Assembly: GCA_945877815.1 (NCBI GenBank)
Contig: CAMDWJ010000005.1
Coordinates: forward strand, 15,549-79,548
DNA length: 64,000 nucleotides
Origin: Caenispirillum bisanense
GTDB taxonomy: Bacteria > Pseudomonadota > Alphaproteobacteria > Rhodospirillales > UBA2165
Direction: 5' to 3'
The position numbers were made by a program, and so were the translations under genes. The stretch's first letter is position 1; each line of letters begins with the position of its first letter. Below are positions 56,103 to 64,000 of the stretch, piece after piece. The notes under the pieces are model-generated. The model worked only from the letters and a program-made list of their open reading frames with translations, had not been told where the DNA came from and ran no database searches.

Positions 56103-56720
56103 ATTTCCGTTCAGGTCAGACTTCATCAGGGCGATATCCCGGCAGATCTGAGCTTTGGCGACAGCATCGCCATCGATACCGAGACGCTCGGCCTTAATCC
56201 CTTGCGCGACCGTTTGTGCCTGATCCAACTGTCGGCGGGCGATGGGATCGGCCATATCGTCCAATTCCAACCCGGCATGTATGCGGCTCCGAACCTCAAA
56301 CGGGTTCTGGCTGACGAGCGAATCACCAAGATTTTCCATTTTGGCCGCTTCGATATCGCGGTGATCGCCCAATATCTGGGCATCGTGTGCCGGCCGGTCT
56401 ATTGCACCAAGATCGCGTCGCGCCTGACCCGAACCTATACCGACCGCCACGGGCTGAAGGATTTGTGCGCCGAGCTTCTGGGCGTCGATCTGTCGAAACA
56501 GCAGCAAACCTCCGATTGGGGCCGCCCCGAGCTGACCCAGGACCAGCTAAATTACGCGGCCTCGGACGTCCTCTATCTCCATCGCCTCCGCGACGCGCTG
56601 AACGATCGTCTCGCTCGCGAAAATCGGCAAGATTTGGCCAAATCCTGCTTCGAATTCCTGCCCTCGCGCGCCCAGCTCGACCTTGCGGGCTGGCCCGAAC
56701 AGGATATCTTCGCCCATTAG
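56103..56720 (+). CDS. rnd: ribonuclease D-like 3'-5' exonuclease (short form), apparent non-canonical ATT start
   Basis: DEDD motifs AIDTETLGL, FHFGRFD and YAASDVLYLH. The first exonuclease motif lies upstream of the first canonical start (TTG 56202). In-frame stop at 56079-56081. SD AAGGGG lies 7 nt before the ATT at 56103. Confidence 0.7.
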   Translation: MSVQVRLHQGDIPADLSFGDSIAIDTETLGLNPLRDRLCLIQLSAGDGIGHIVQFQPGMYAAPNLKRVLADERITKIFHFGRFDIAVIAQYLGIVCRPVYCTKIASRLTRTYTDRHGLKDLCAELLGVDLSKQQQTSDWGRPELTQDQLNYAASDVLYLHRLRDALNDRLARENRQDLAKSCFEFLPSRAQLDLAGWPEQDIFAH

Positions 56721-56905
56721 GGCATTCCCTTACTGCAGACGGACGAGCGGCCAGTTTTGTTGATTTTTAACCCTGGCCGACGCATAGTGTCGGCACGCTA
56801 ATTGCTTGGGTTCTAAGCCTTTCGAATAGCACCGTCGGCACAAATCAATCGTGTCGCAGCGCCACCGCCCGACCATGGGCTCACACAGGATCGGTTTTGG
56901 CACGG

Positions 56906-57889
56906 ATGGACAGTACGCCAGCCCACACTGCACCGAACGACACGCTGGCGCGGGCACGCCGCGTCCTGCAGCTCGAGGCTTCCGGCCTCGTTGCCCTATC
57001 GGCGGCGCTCGACGAGACCTTTATCCGCGCGATCGAAATCCTGGAAAAGGTCTCGGGCCGGATCATCGTCGCCGGTATCGGCAAAAGCGGCCATGTCGCC
57101 CATAAGGTCGCGGCGACCCTGTCCTCGACCGGACGCTCGGCCATGTTCGTCCATCCTGTCGAGGCGAGCCACGGCGATCTCGGCATGATCGAATATAAGC
57201 GCGACGCTGTGCTGGCCTTCACCAATTCCGGCGAAACGCCGGAATTGACCGATCTGGTCGCCTTCACCCGGCGCTTCAAGCTGCCACTCGTGCTCGTGAC
57301 GTCCAATCCCTCGGGACAGCTCGTCGCGCAAGCCGACGTCGCCCTGATCCTGCCCCCGGCGGAAGAAGCCTGCGCGATCGGCATGGCGCCGACGACCTCG
57401 ACAACCCTCATGATGGCGCTGGGCGACGCGCTGGCCGTTGTGCTGATGGAACGCATCGGATTTACGGCCGAGGATTTCAAGGCGCTCCATCCGGGCGGCA
57501 AGCTCGGCAAACGCCTGCTCAAGGTGTCCGACATCATGCATTCGGGCGATAGACTCCCGCTCGCCAACCCGGAACATTCGATGGGCGACATCCTGCCCGA
57601 GATGACCGCGAAGAGCCTCGGCTGCGTCGGCATCGTCGATGCGAAGGGAAAACTGCTCGGCATCGTCACCGACGGCGATTTGCGCCGCCACATGGGCAGC
57701 GACTTGCTCGCCAAGTCCGCTGCCCAAATCATGACAAAATCCCCGCAGACGATCACGCCCGACGCATTCGCGAGCGAGGCCCTGGCAATCATGAACGACC
57801 GCAAGATCACGGCGCTATTTGTCGCCGAAAAAGGGCGTGCCGTCGGCTTGATCCACATCCACGATTGCCTGCGCGCGGGCGTGGTGTGA
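56906..57889 (+). CDS. kpsF: arabinose-5-phosphate isomerase (KpsF/GutQ family; SIS + tandem CBS)
   Basis: GRIIVAGIGKSGHVAHKVAATLSSTG SIS motif plus two CBS domains. Alternative TTG start at 56897. Confidence 0.88.
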   Translation: MDSTPAHTAPNDTLARARRVLQLEASGLVALSAALDETFIRAIEILEKVSGRIIVAGIGKSGHVAHKVAATLSSTGRSAMFVHPVEASHGDLGMIEYKRDAVLAFTNSGETPELTDLVAFTRRFKLPLVLVTSNPSGQLVAQADVALILPPAEEACAIGMAPTTSTTLMMALGDALAVVLMERIGFTAEDFKALHPGGKLGKRLLKVSDIMHSGDRLPLANPEHSMGDILPEMTAKSLGCVGIVDAKGKLLGIVTDGDLRRHMGSDLLAKSAAQIMTKSPQTITPDAFASEALAIMNDRKITALFVAEKGRAVGLIHIHDCLRAGVV

Positions 57890-57906
57890 GAAGCGCCGGC
57901 GACATC

Positions 57907-58602
57907 ATGAATAGCATCCGCATACACGAAGCTCCGCCGGTCGATATCGGCCTGCCCTCGGCCGATCTGCTGACGACGAACCGCCGGCGCACCCGGCCGC
58001 GACGCGTCGCCTACAGCAAATTCGTCTTCGTCATGAAACTGCTGCTGCCGGCCGTGGCGCTTGGGCTAATCGTCCTCGTCGTTCTCTGGCCGCAGATCTA
58101 TATCGACAGCAGCCAGTTCACCATCGGCTTTGCGCGGCTCAAGGCATCGGGCGGCGAATTCCCCAGCATGGTCAATGCGCGCTTTGTCGGCACGGATCGT
58201 CGCAACCAACCCTTTGCCGTCACGGCCGATCTGGCCAAGAGCACGAGCCTCGGCTCGAGCAATGTGGAGCTGGAAATGCCCAAGGCTGATCTCGGCATGA
58301 ATGACGGCAGCTCGATGATGCTGACGGCGAATTCGGGCGTCTTCGACCAAAATGTCAAAACGCTGAAACTGCAAGGTGCCGTCAATCTGTTCCATGATTC
58401 AGGCTATGAATTCCGCACTGCGGCGGCGGATGTCGACTTCACCAGCGGCACGGCATCGGGAACGAAGCCCGTCGATGGACAAGGTCCGTTCGGCCAGCTT
58501 CACGGCGAGGGATTCCGCATTACCGACGACGGCAAGCGTCTGTTGTTCACCGGCAAATCCAAGCTCACCATTTTTCCGGCGGCTCGGACCGGGACGCGAT
58601 GA
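57907..58602 (+). CDS. lptC: LPS export system protein LptC
   Basis: Single N-terminal TM (LLLPAVALGLIVLVVLW) followed by an OstA-like beta-jellyroll. Sits upstream of lptA-lptB. Start trimmed to MNSIRIH. Confidence 0.8.
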   Translation: MNSIRIHEAPPVDIGLPSADLLTTNRRRTRPRRVAYSKFVFVMKLLLPAVALGLIVLVVLWPQIYIDSSQFTIGFARLKASGGEFPSMVNARFVGTDRRNQPFAVTADLAKSTSLGSSNVELEMPKADLGMNDGSSMMLTANSGVFDQNVKTLKLQGAVNLFHDSGYEFRTAAADVDFTSGTASGTKPVDGQGPFGQLHGEGFRITDDGKRLLFTGKSKLTIFPAARTGTR

Positions 58603-59465
58603 CCAAAGCCTATCTTTTGGTGGCGTCTGTCACGCTGTTCCTTTTTAGCCTCCCTTCAGCATTCGCACAGACTCTCAATCTCGCCAGCACCAACGATGCA
58701 CCCATCGAGGTCTATGCCGATAACGGCATCGAATGGCAGCAGGACAACGAGGTTCTGATCGCGCGCGGCAACGCGCGCGCGGTGCGCGCGGGCGTGAATA
58801 TCTATGCCGACGTGCTCCGCGCCTATTACAAGCGCGACGCCTCGGGAAATTCGGATCTCAGCCGGCTCGACGGTGCGGGAAAAGTCCGCATCATCTCGGC
58901 CTCCGAAACCATCGAGGGCGACGGCGCTGTCTATGACATGCAACAGGCGATCCTTGTCGTCACCGGGCGCAAGGTGACCTACACATCGGGCGCCGACGTC
59001 ATCACCGCCGACAAACAGATGGAATATTACGAAACCGCGCAAAAGGCAGTCGCGCGCGGCAATGCTGTAGCACTACACGACGGCAAAAAACTCCAAGCGC
59101 AAATACTCGAGGCCTATTTCCGCAAAACGGCGGCCGATAAATCCGAGGTGCACGAAGTGAGAGCCTTCAATGACGTGGTCATCGTCACCGAACAGGATGT
59201 CGCGCAATCGGACAAAGCCATCTATAATGTCAAAACGGAACTCGCGACAATGACCGGCAACGTGCGGCTCACGCGCGGAGAAAGCGTGCTCGCCGGCGAC
59301 ACGGCCGAGGTCAATATGAAAACCGGCATCAGCCGGCTATTAACCAATAACTCACGCGTACGGGGCATTATCGTACCGCAGAAGCGTGACCCGTCCGTGA
59401 AGGCCCCGAAGGCCAAAAACGGAACCACAAAAAGCAGCGCGACGAAAAGCGGAACCACGAAGTGA
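58599..59465 (+). CDS. lptA: LPS transport periplasmic protein LptA (OstA N-domain) with Lys/Thr-rich tail
   Basis: Signal peptide ...SLPSAFA|QT, OstA_N repeats ([24 protein letters not shown]). Overlaps lptC and lptB. Confidence 0.85.
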   Translation: MTKAYLLVASVTLFLFSLPSAFAQTLNLASTNDAPIEVYADNGIEWQQDNEVLIARGNARAVRAGVNIYADVLRAYYKRDASGNSDLSRLDGAGKVRIISASETIEGDGAVYDMQQAILVVTGRKVTYTSGADVITADKQMEYYETAQKAVARGNAVALHDGKKLQAQILEAYFRKTAADKSEVHEVRAFNDVVIVTEQDVAQSDKAIYNVKTELATMTGNVRLTRGESVLAGDTAEVNMKTGISRLLTNNSRVRGIIVPQKRDPSVKAPKAKNGTTKSSATKSGTTK

Positions 59466-60268
59466 GCGATATGCCGGCCCTGCCCACCAATCTCGACGCT
59501 TGGCGCGACCACGCACCGATGCGCCCGCAGTTGGTTGCGCAGAACACGCGCGGACTCACAGCGCACAATCTCGGCAAGCGCTTCGACAAACGCCCGGTCG
59601 TGCGCGGCGTTTCATTATCGATTCAACGCGGCGAGGTCGTCGGACTGCTCGGCCCCAACGGCGCCGGCAAAACGACGTGCTTTTATATGATCACCGGGCT
59701 GATATCGCCGGATTACGGAACCGTCCTGCTCGACGGCCAGGACGTTACGGGTTTACCGATGTACCGCCGTGCGCGTCTCGGCATCGGGTACCTTCCTCAG
59801 GAAGCCTCGATCTTCCGCGGTCTCACGGTCGAAGGGAATATCCGCGCCATTCTGGAAGTCGTCGAGCCGTCGAAAGAACGGCGCGACGCCATGCTCGAGG
59901 CGCTGCTGGCCGAATTCTCGATCTCGCATCTCCGCCGCACGCCGGCGCTGGCGCTGTCGGGTGGCGAGCGCCGTCGCGTCGAAATCGCGCGCGCGTTGGC
60001 TTCGCGTCCGCATTTCGTTTTGCTCGACGAGCCGCTCGCCGGCATCGACCCTATTGCCGTCAACGATATTCGCGATCTGATCGCCCATTTGAAGGATCGC
60101 GGAATCGGCGTGCTAATCACGGATCATAACGTCCGCGATACGCTCGACATCATCGATCGAGCATATATCATCCATGACGGTATGGTCCTGATGGAAGGCT
60201 CGCCCGGCGACATCGTCGGTAACGAGGACGTTCGCCGCGTCTATCTGGGCGATCGGTTCAGCCTGTAG
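59462..60268 (+). CDS. lptB: LPS export ABC transporter ATP-binding protein LptB
   Basis: Walker [10 protein letters not shown], signature LSGGERRR, Walker B VLLDEP. The GTG start gives an N-terminal extension; an ATG at 59471 is an alternative. Confidence 0.92.
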   Translation: MSDMPALPTNLDAWRDHAPMRPQLVAQNTRGLTAHNLGKRFDKRPVVRGVSLSIQRGEVVGLLGPNGAGKTTCFYMITGLISPDYGTVLLDGQDVTGLPMYRRARLGIGYLPQEASIFRGLTVEGNIRAILEVVEPSKERRDAMLEALLAEFSISHLRRTPALALSGGERRRVEIARALASRPHFVLLDEPLAGIDPIAVNDIRDLIAHLKDRGIGVLITDHNVRDTLDIIDRAYIIHDGMVLMEGSPGDIVGNEDVRRVYLGDRFSL

Positions 60269-60277
60269 GATCCGCGT

Positions 60278-61807
60278 ATGGCGATCTCGCCCCGTTTAGA
60301 GATTCGGCAAGGCCAATCATTGGTCATGACGCCTCAGTTGCAGCAGGCGATCAAGCTGCTGCAACTGTCGAACCTCGAACTGCGTGAATTCGTCGAAGAA
60401 GAGCTAGCCGAAAATCCCATGCTCGAACGCGACGAGGGAAATTCCGCAGCGCCGGAAGAACCCGCGGCCAACGAGTCCTCGGACGAACGCCGCACCGACG
60501 GCGCCGAAAATCTCGACTCCCTCAATATGGACGATTACGCCAACGTCTGGGACGATGAATCACCGCGCGAAAGCTCGGCGGCCCCCGCGTCCGCCGAACC
60601 GGACACCACCTTTCCATCGACGTCCTTCGAAGCAACTTCGTTCCAGGATTGGGGATCGGGAGGCGATCAGCGCTTTTCGTCGGGCGACTTCAATTTGGAA
60701 CAGACCGTTTCCCAGGAAGTCAGTCTGCGCGACCATCTGCTCAATCAGATCAATGTCGATATCGTCGATCCCGCCGACCGCCTAATAGCCGTTTACCTTA
60801 CCGATATGCTCGATGAATCCGGCCGCATCACCGACGAGTTGGATCTCGCGGCAGAGCGGCTCGGCTGCACGATGGACGACGTCGAACGCATGTTGAAGCG
60901 GCTTCAGCAACTCGATCCACCCGGCATTTTCGCGCGCGATTTGAAGGAATGCTGGGAGATCCAGTTGCGCGAAAAAGATCGCCTCGATCCGGCGATGGCA
61001 ACGCTGCTCGAAAATATCGAATTGATGAAGATGCACGATTATGTGCAGCTTTCGAAGCTATGCCGTGTCGATGACGACGACATTCGCGACATGATCGACG
61101 AGATCGCGGCCTTGAACCATCATCCGGCGCGCGCGTTCGATCATGTCCTGGCCCAACCCATCGTGCCCGACGTGATCATGCGCCCGAGCAACACTGGCGG
61201 CTGGATCGTCGAATTGAACAGCGATGCCCTGCCTCGTGTCCTGATCAATCATCACTATTACGCCGAAGTCTCGAGCGCGGTCCGCACCAAGGAAGAAAAG
61301 AAATTCGTTGCGGAAAAATTCCAATCGGCGAGTTGGCTGGTCAAATCGATCCATCAGCGTGCGACGACCATTCTGAAAGTGGCCACCGAATTGGTTACTC
61401 AGCAGGACGCTTTCTTCCGTCATGGAGTGCAGCATCTGAAACCGCTTGTCCTGCGCGATATCGCCGACGAGATCGAAATGCACGAATCGACCGTCAGCCG
61501 GGTCACGTCGAACAAATATATCTATACGCCGCGCGGCATCTTTGAGTTGAAGTACTTTTTCACCTCGTCCATCGCATCGTCCGACGGTGGGGCCACTCAT
61601 TCGGCCGAAGCGGTCCGCCATCGCATCAAGGCCTTGATCGACGCCGAACCGGCCGCGGACATCCTCTCGGACGACAAGCTGGTCGAGTTGCTGAATCGCA
61701 ACGGGATCGACATCGCGCGCCGAACGGTCGCGAAATATCGCGAATCGATGCATATCCCGTCGTCCGTGCAACGCCGCCGCGACAAGCGTCGCGCCGCGCG
61801 TATCTGA
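60278..61807 (+). CDS. rpoN: RNA polymerase sigma-54 factor
   Basis: Region I LRQGQSLVMTPQLQQAIKLLQLSNLEL and the RpoN box ARRTVAKYR near the C-terminus. Confidence 0.95.
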   Translation: MAISPRLEIRQGQSLVMTPQLQQAIKLLQLSNLELREFVEEELAENPMLERDEGNSAAPEEPAANESSDERRTDGAENLDSLNMDDYANVWDDESPRESSAAPASAEPDTTFPSTSFEATSFQDWGSGGDQRFSSGDFNLEQTVSQEVSLRDHLLNQINVDIVDPADRLIAVYLTDMLDESGRITDELDLAAERLGCTMDDVERMLKRLQQLDPPGIFARDLKECWEIQLREKDRLDPAMATLLENIELMKMHDYVQLSKLCRVDDDDIRDMIDEIAALNHHPARAFDHVLAQPIVPDVIMRPSNTGGWIVELNSDALPRVLINHHYYAEVSSAVRTKEEKKFVAEKFQSASWLVKSIHQRATTILKVATELVTQQDAFFRHGVQHLKPLVLRDIADEIEMHESTVSRVTSNKYIYTPRGIFELKYFFTSSIASSDGGATHSAEAVRHRIKALIDAEPAADILSDDKLVELLNRNGIDIARRTVAKYRESMHIPSSVQRRRDKRRAARI

Positions 61808-62061
61808 CGAAAAATATATATTTATCAATTGATTAGCATGTCACTTGACAGCAACAGGACGCGGTTCTAACGTCCCGCCGCCATCGCCCAGAGGGGCGGT
61901 CATCGATAAAGAGACAGCGTGAATCGATAGCTCGGAACGACCCAAAAGGGTGCATAGATCCGATTTCGTTCTTCCCATTATTTGAAAAAAAATTGGCCGA
62001 CCGAAAAACGGTGAGGCCGTAAGCCATGTGTGGCGGGTAACGCAGAGTTTTGAGGCCCTTA

Positions 62062-62526
62062 ATGGAAATACGCGATCTCCTTACCTCCGAGCGCGTCGTC
62101 GCCAATCTCAAGGTGACGAGTAAAAAACAAGCCCTGCAGGAACTTTCGAAGAAAATCGCGGGCCTCATCGGACAGGACGAACGGAAGATTTTCGAACTGC
62201 TGCTTGAGCGCGAGCGACTTGGGACCACGGGCGTCGGCGACGGGATCGCCATTCCGCACGGCAAGCTGTCCTCACTCGACAAATTATACGGCATGTTCGC
62301 CCGGCTCGAACGACCGGTGAATTTCGAATCCATCGACGAACGTCCGGTCGATCTCATCTTTCTGCTGCTGGCGCCGGAAACGGCAGGGGCCGATCATCTG
62401 AAAGCTTTGGCGCGAATCTCGCGACTGTTGCGCGACAAAAAGGTATGCGACAAGCTGCGCGGCTCCGATACGCCGGAAGCGCTCTTCGCCCTGTTGACCG
62501 AACAGACGGCCACGCGGGCCGCCTGA
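62062..62526 (+). CDS. ptsN: PTS IIA-like nitrogen regulatory protein PtsN (EIIA-Ntr)
   Basis: GTTGVGDGIAIPHG with the phosphorylatable His. Position downstream of rpoN. Start trimmed to MEIRDLL. Confidence 0.9.
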   Translation: MEIRDLLTSERVVANLKVTSKKQALQELSKKIAGLIGQDERKIFELLLERERLGTTGVGDGIAIPHGKLSSLDKLYGMFARLERPVNFESIDERPVDLIFLLLAPETAGADHLKALARISRLLRDKKVCDKLRGSDTPEALFALLTEQTATRAA

Positions 62527-62538
62527 GCCCCCCCAGCG

Positions 62539-62958
62539 ATGCGACAAGCGCAAGAAACGCTTCGGATCGCCACGCAAGGACCCGGTCTCTACGAAATTAC
62601 CGATGCCGTCTCGCGGTGGACAGCCGGACAGGGCATTACGACCGGATTGCTCACCCTTTATTCGCGTCACACCTCGGCATCGCTGGTGATTCAGGAAAAT
62701 GCCGACACCCAGGTTCTCGACGATCTGCTGCATTTCTTCCAACGGCTCGTTCCGGACGGCGACCCGCTGTTCCGCCACACGGCCGAAGGGCCGGACGATA
62801 TGCCGGCACACGTGCGCAGCGCACTGACCGCGACATCCATTAATATCCCGCTCGGCCAAGGCCACCTACTGCTCGGCACTTGGCAGGGCATATTTCTGTT
62901 CGAACATCGCGCGCAGCCGCATCGCCGTGAGGTTACCCTGCACCTGATGGGGGACTAA
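62539..62958 (+). CDS. yjbQ: YjbQ/UPF0047 family protein (secondary thiamine-phosphate synthase-like)
   Basis: LLTLYSRHTSASLVIQENAD...DMPAHVRS...LGTWQGIFLFEHR are typical UPF0047 motifs. Confidence 0.88.
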   Translation: MRQAQETLRIATQGPGLYEITDAVSRWTAGQGITTGLLTLYSRHTSASLVIQENADTQVLDDLLHFFQRLVPDGDPLFRHTAEGPDDMPAHVRSALTATSINIPLGQGHLLLGTWQGIFLFEHRAQPHRREVTLHLMGD

Positions 62959-63020
62959 GCGCACCACCCCCTCGGCTCTGCCTGCTTGAACTCTCCCCAC
63001 CGGTCGGTTGAAATGAGTCG

Positions 63021-64000
63021 ATGTCCGAAGTTTCCATCTCCGTCGCCACATTGCCGATTCTCGTCATCGACGTGGATCGCACCTTTCATGCCATCGTGCT
63101 GGCGGCGGCCTCCTCCTTGCCGGGCGCCCATGTAACCAGCTGCACCTCACCCGGCGAGGCACTCAACCGTCTGGATGGCTTCACACCGGCGATGATCGTC
63201 ATCGAGGGCCGATTGAGTGGAGCCGCCGGCCTCAATTTCGTGCGACGTCTGCGCGCGGGCCAAACGCCGGCGCCGGCAGACACCTTGGTCATGTTCGTTT
63301 CGCAGGATTTCAGCGGCGGCTTGAGCGGCAAGCTCTGCGAAGTCGGCTGCCATGCTGTCGTGCGCAAACCGCTCTCGCCCGAAGCGCTCGCCCGCGCGAT
63401 CATGCGCGTGTTCGAAAATCCCACACCCTTCGTCATGGGCGGCAACTATCTCGGCCCCGATCGGCGCAAGCCGAATGCGACGGAAAAACGCGACCCTGAT
63501 CGCCGGCGCACGGTAACGCGTGGCGGCTGGGGTGCGGCACCCCGCCGGACGGGCAGCTCGGCCCCGCTGGTGGCGATGACCATATCGTCCGGCCCCAAAG
63601 CCACCGCCAAATCCGGCGCGATCGAGACGGCAGAGCCGATCGGTGGCGCGGTTAGGAGCGAAAGCGCGTACATCGAAACCGCAGCCCTTCCGGCCGGCAA
63701 ATCGACACCCGCGCGCGGGCCGATCGAAACGGCCGAAACCCAAAAGCCGGCCCGCACACCGATAGAACCGCTCGCACCCGCGCCGCCCGCCAAGCGCGTC
63801 CGAGCCGAGCCGATCGAAGCGCCAGACGCATTGTCGGAGGTGAGCGCGAAACCCAAAGAAGATTACGATCTGGCCCCACCGGCGCAGGAAAAGTCGAAAG
63901 CGGCCAAGGAGCCGGAGTTCGACGTTGCCGCCGTTGTGGAACTTCACCGCCAGTGGATCATGAGTAACGGCAAGGCCGGCGCGCGCGCCATTCTCGCGGG
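63021..64000 (+). CDS. atypical receiver-domain protein with repeat-rich linker (3' end cut by window; pentapeptide-repeat-like continuation suspected)
   Basis: My own translation from the ATG at 63021 stays open to the window end, so it is not in the ORF track. REC-like LPILVIDVDR...AMIVIEGRL...LVMFVSQD...VVRKPL. This is followed by reiterated x-IE-T/P-A motifs and then ELHRQWIMSNGKAGARAILA. Confidence 0.65.
   Translation, partial: MSEVSISVATLPILVIDVDRTFHAIVLAAASSLPGAHVTSCTSPGEALNRLDGFTPAMIVIEGRLSGAAGLNFVRRLRAGQTPAPADTLVMFVSQDFSGGLSGKLCEVGCHAVVRKPLSPEALARAIMRVFENPTPFVMGGNYLGPDRRKPNATEKRDPDRRRTVTRGGWGAAPRRTGSSAPLVAMTISSGPKATAKSGAIETAEPIGGAVRSESAYIETAALPAGKSTPARGPIETAETQKPARTPIEPLAPAPPAKRVRAEPIEAPDALSEVSAKPKEDYDLAPPAQEKSKAAKEPEFDVAAVVELHRQWIMSNGKAGARAILA

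Noticed and set aside
63141-63170. GTAACC followed 16 nt later by GCGA, inside the last ORF, as another ECF promoter.
   Set aside because: The -10 element does not match CGAA and the site is intragenic, so it is a chance occurrence.

Overview
GC-rich, densely coding chromosomal segment with alphaproteobacterial-type synteny. There is no rRNA, CRISPR array, transposase or integrase. Left third is mostly housekeeping: fmt-def, rmuC, recR-ybaB-dnaX with SRP RNA upstream, nudC, pheA, a membrane cytochrome c, a yejA-[aldehyde dehydrogenase]-yejBEF peptide ABC importer, a MarR-HlyD-MFS efflux unit and uppP. The middle is accessory stress and catabolic content: GST, VOC proteins, HxlR, a short CDF, a lactonase/FAD/OCD operon, LigB-type and Rieske-type dioxygenases, FAH and a class II aldolase. 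The stand-out locus sits at about 34.7-39.7 kb. It is a tightly packed minus-strand operon encoding a 93-aa Sec-signal, 4-Cys DUF2282-type peptide, a DUF692 (MNIO) enzyme, a DUF2063 partner and DoxX. This operon diverges from an ECF sigma factor plus DUF1109/NrsF anti-sigma pair. It is preceded by a perfect GTAACC-N16-CGAA motif and flanked by two additional orphan NrsF paralogues. I read this as a bufferin-type, signal-peptide-dependent RiPP metallophore system under metal or oxidative stress ECF control. Right third contains an M17 peptidase, a helically phased TCTCGACAT repeat array, a MarR-like regulator with SulP, and tRNA-Leu(CAG). It also holds a four-gene two-component cluster carrying a near-identical 426-bp intragenic PAS duplication, and an rnd gene with no canonical start codon. 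It ends with kpsF-lptCAB-rpoN-ptsN (hpf absent), yjbQ, and a truncated atypical receiver protein. Many long ORFs in the track are antisense shadow ORFs typical of high-GC DNA and were not called.
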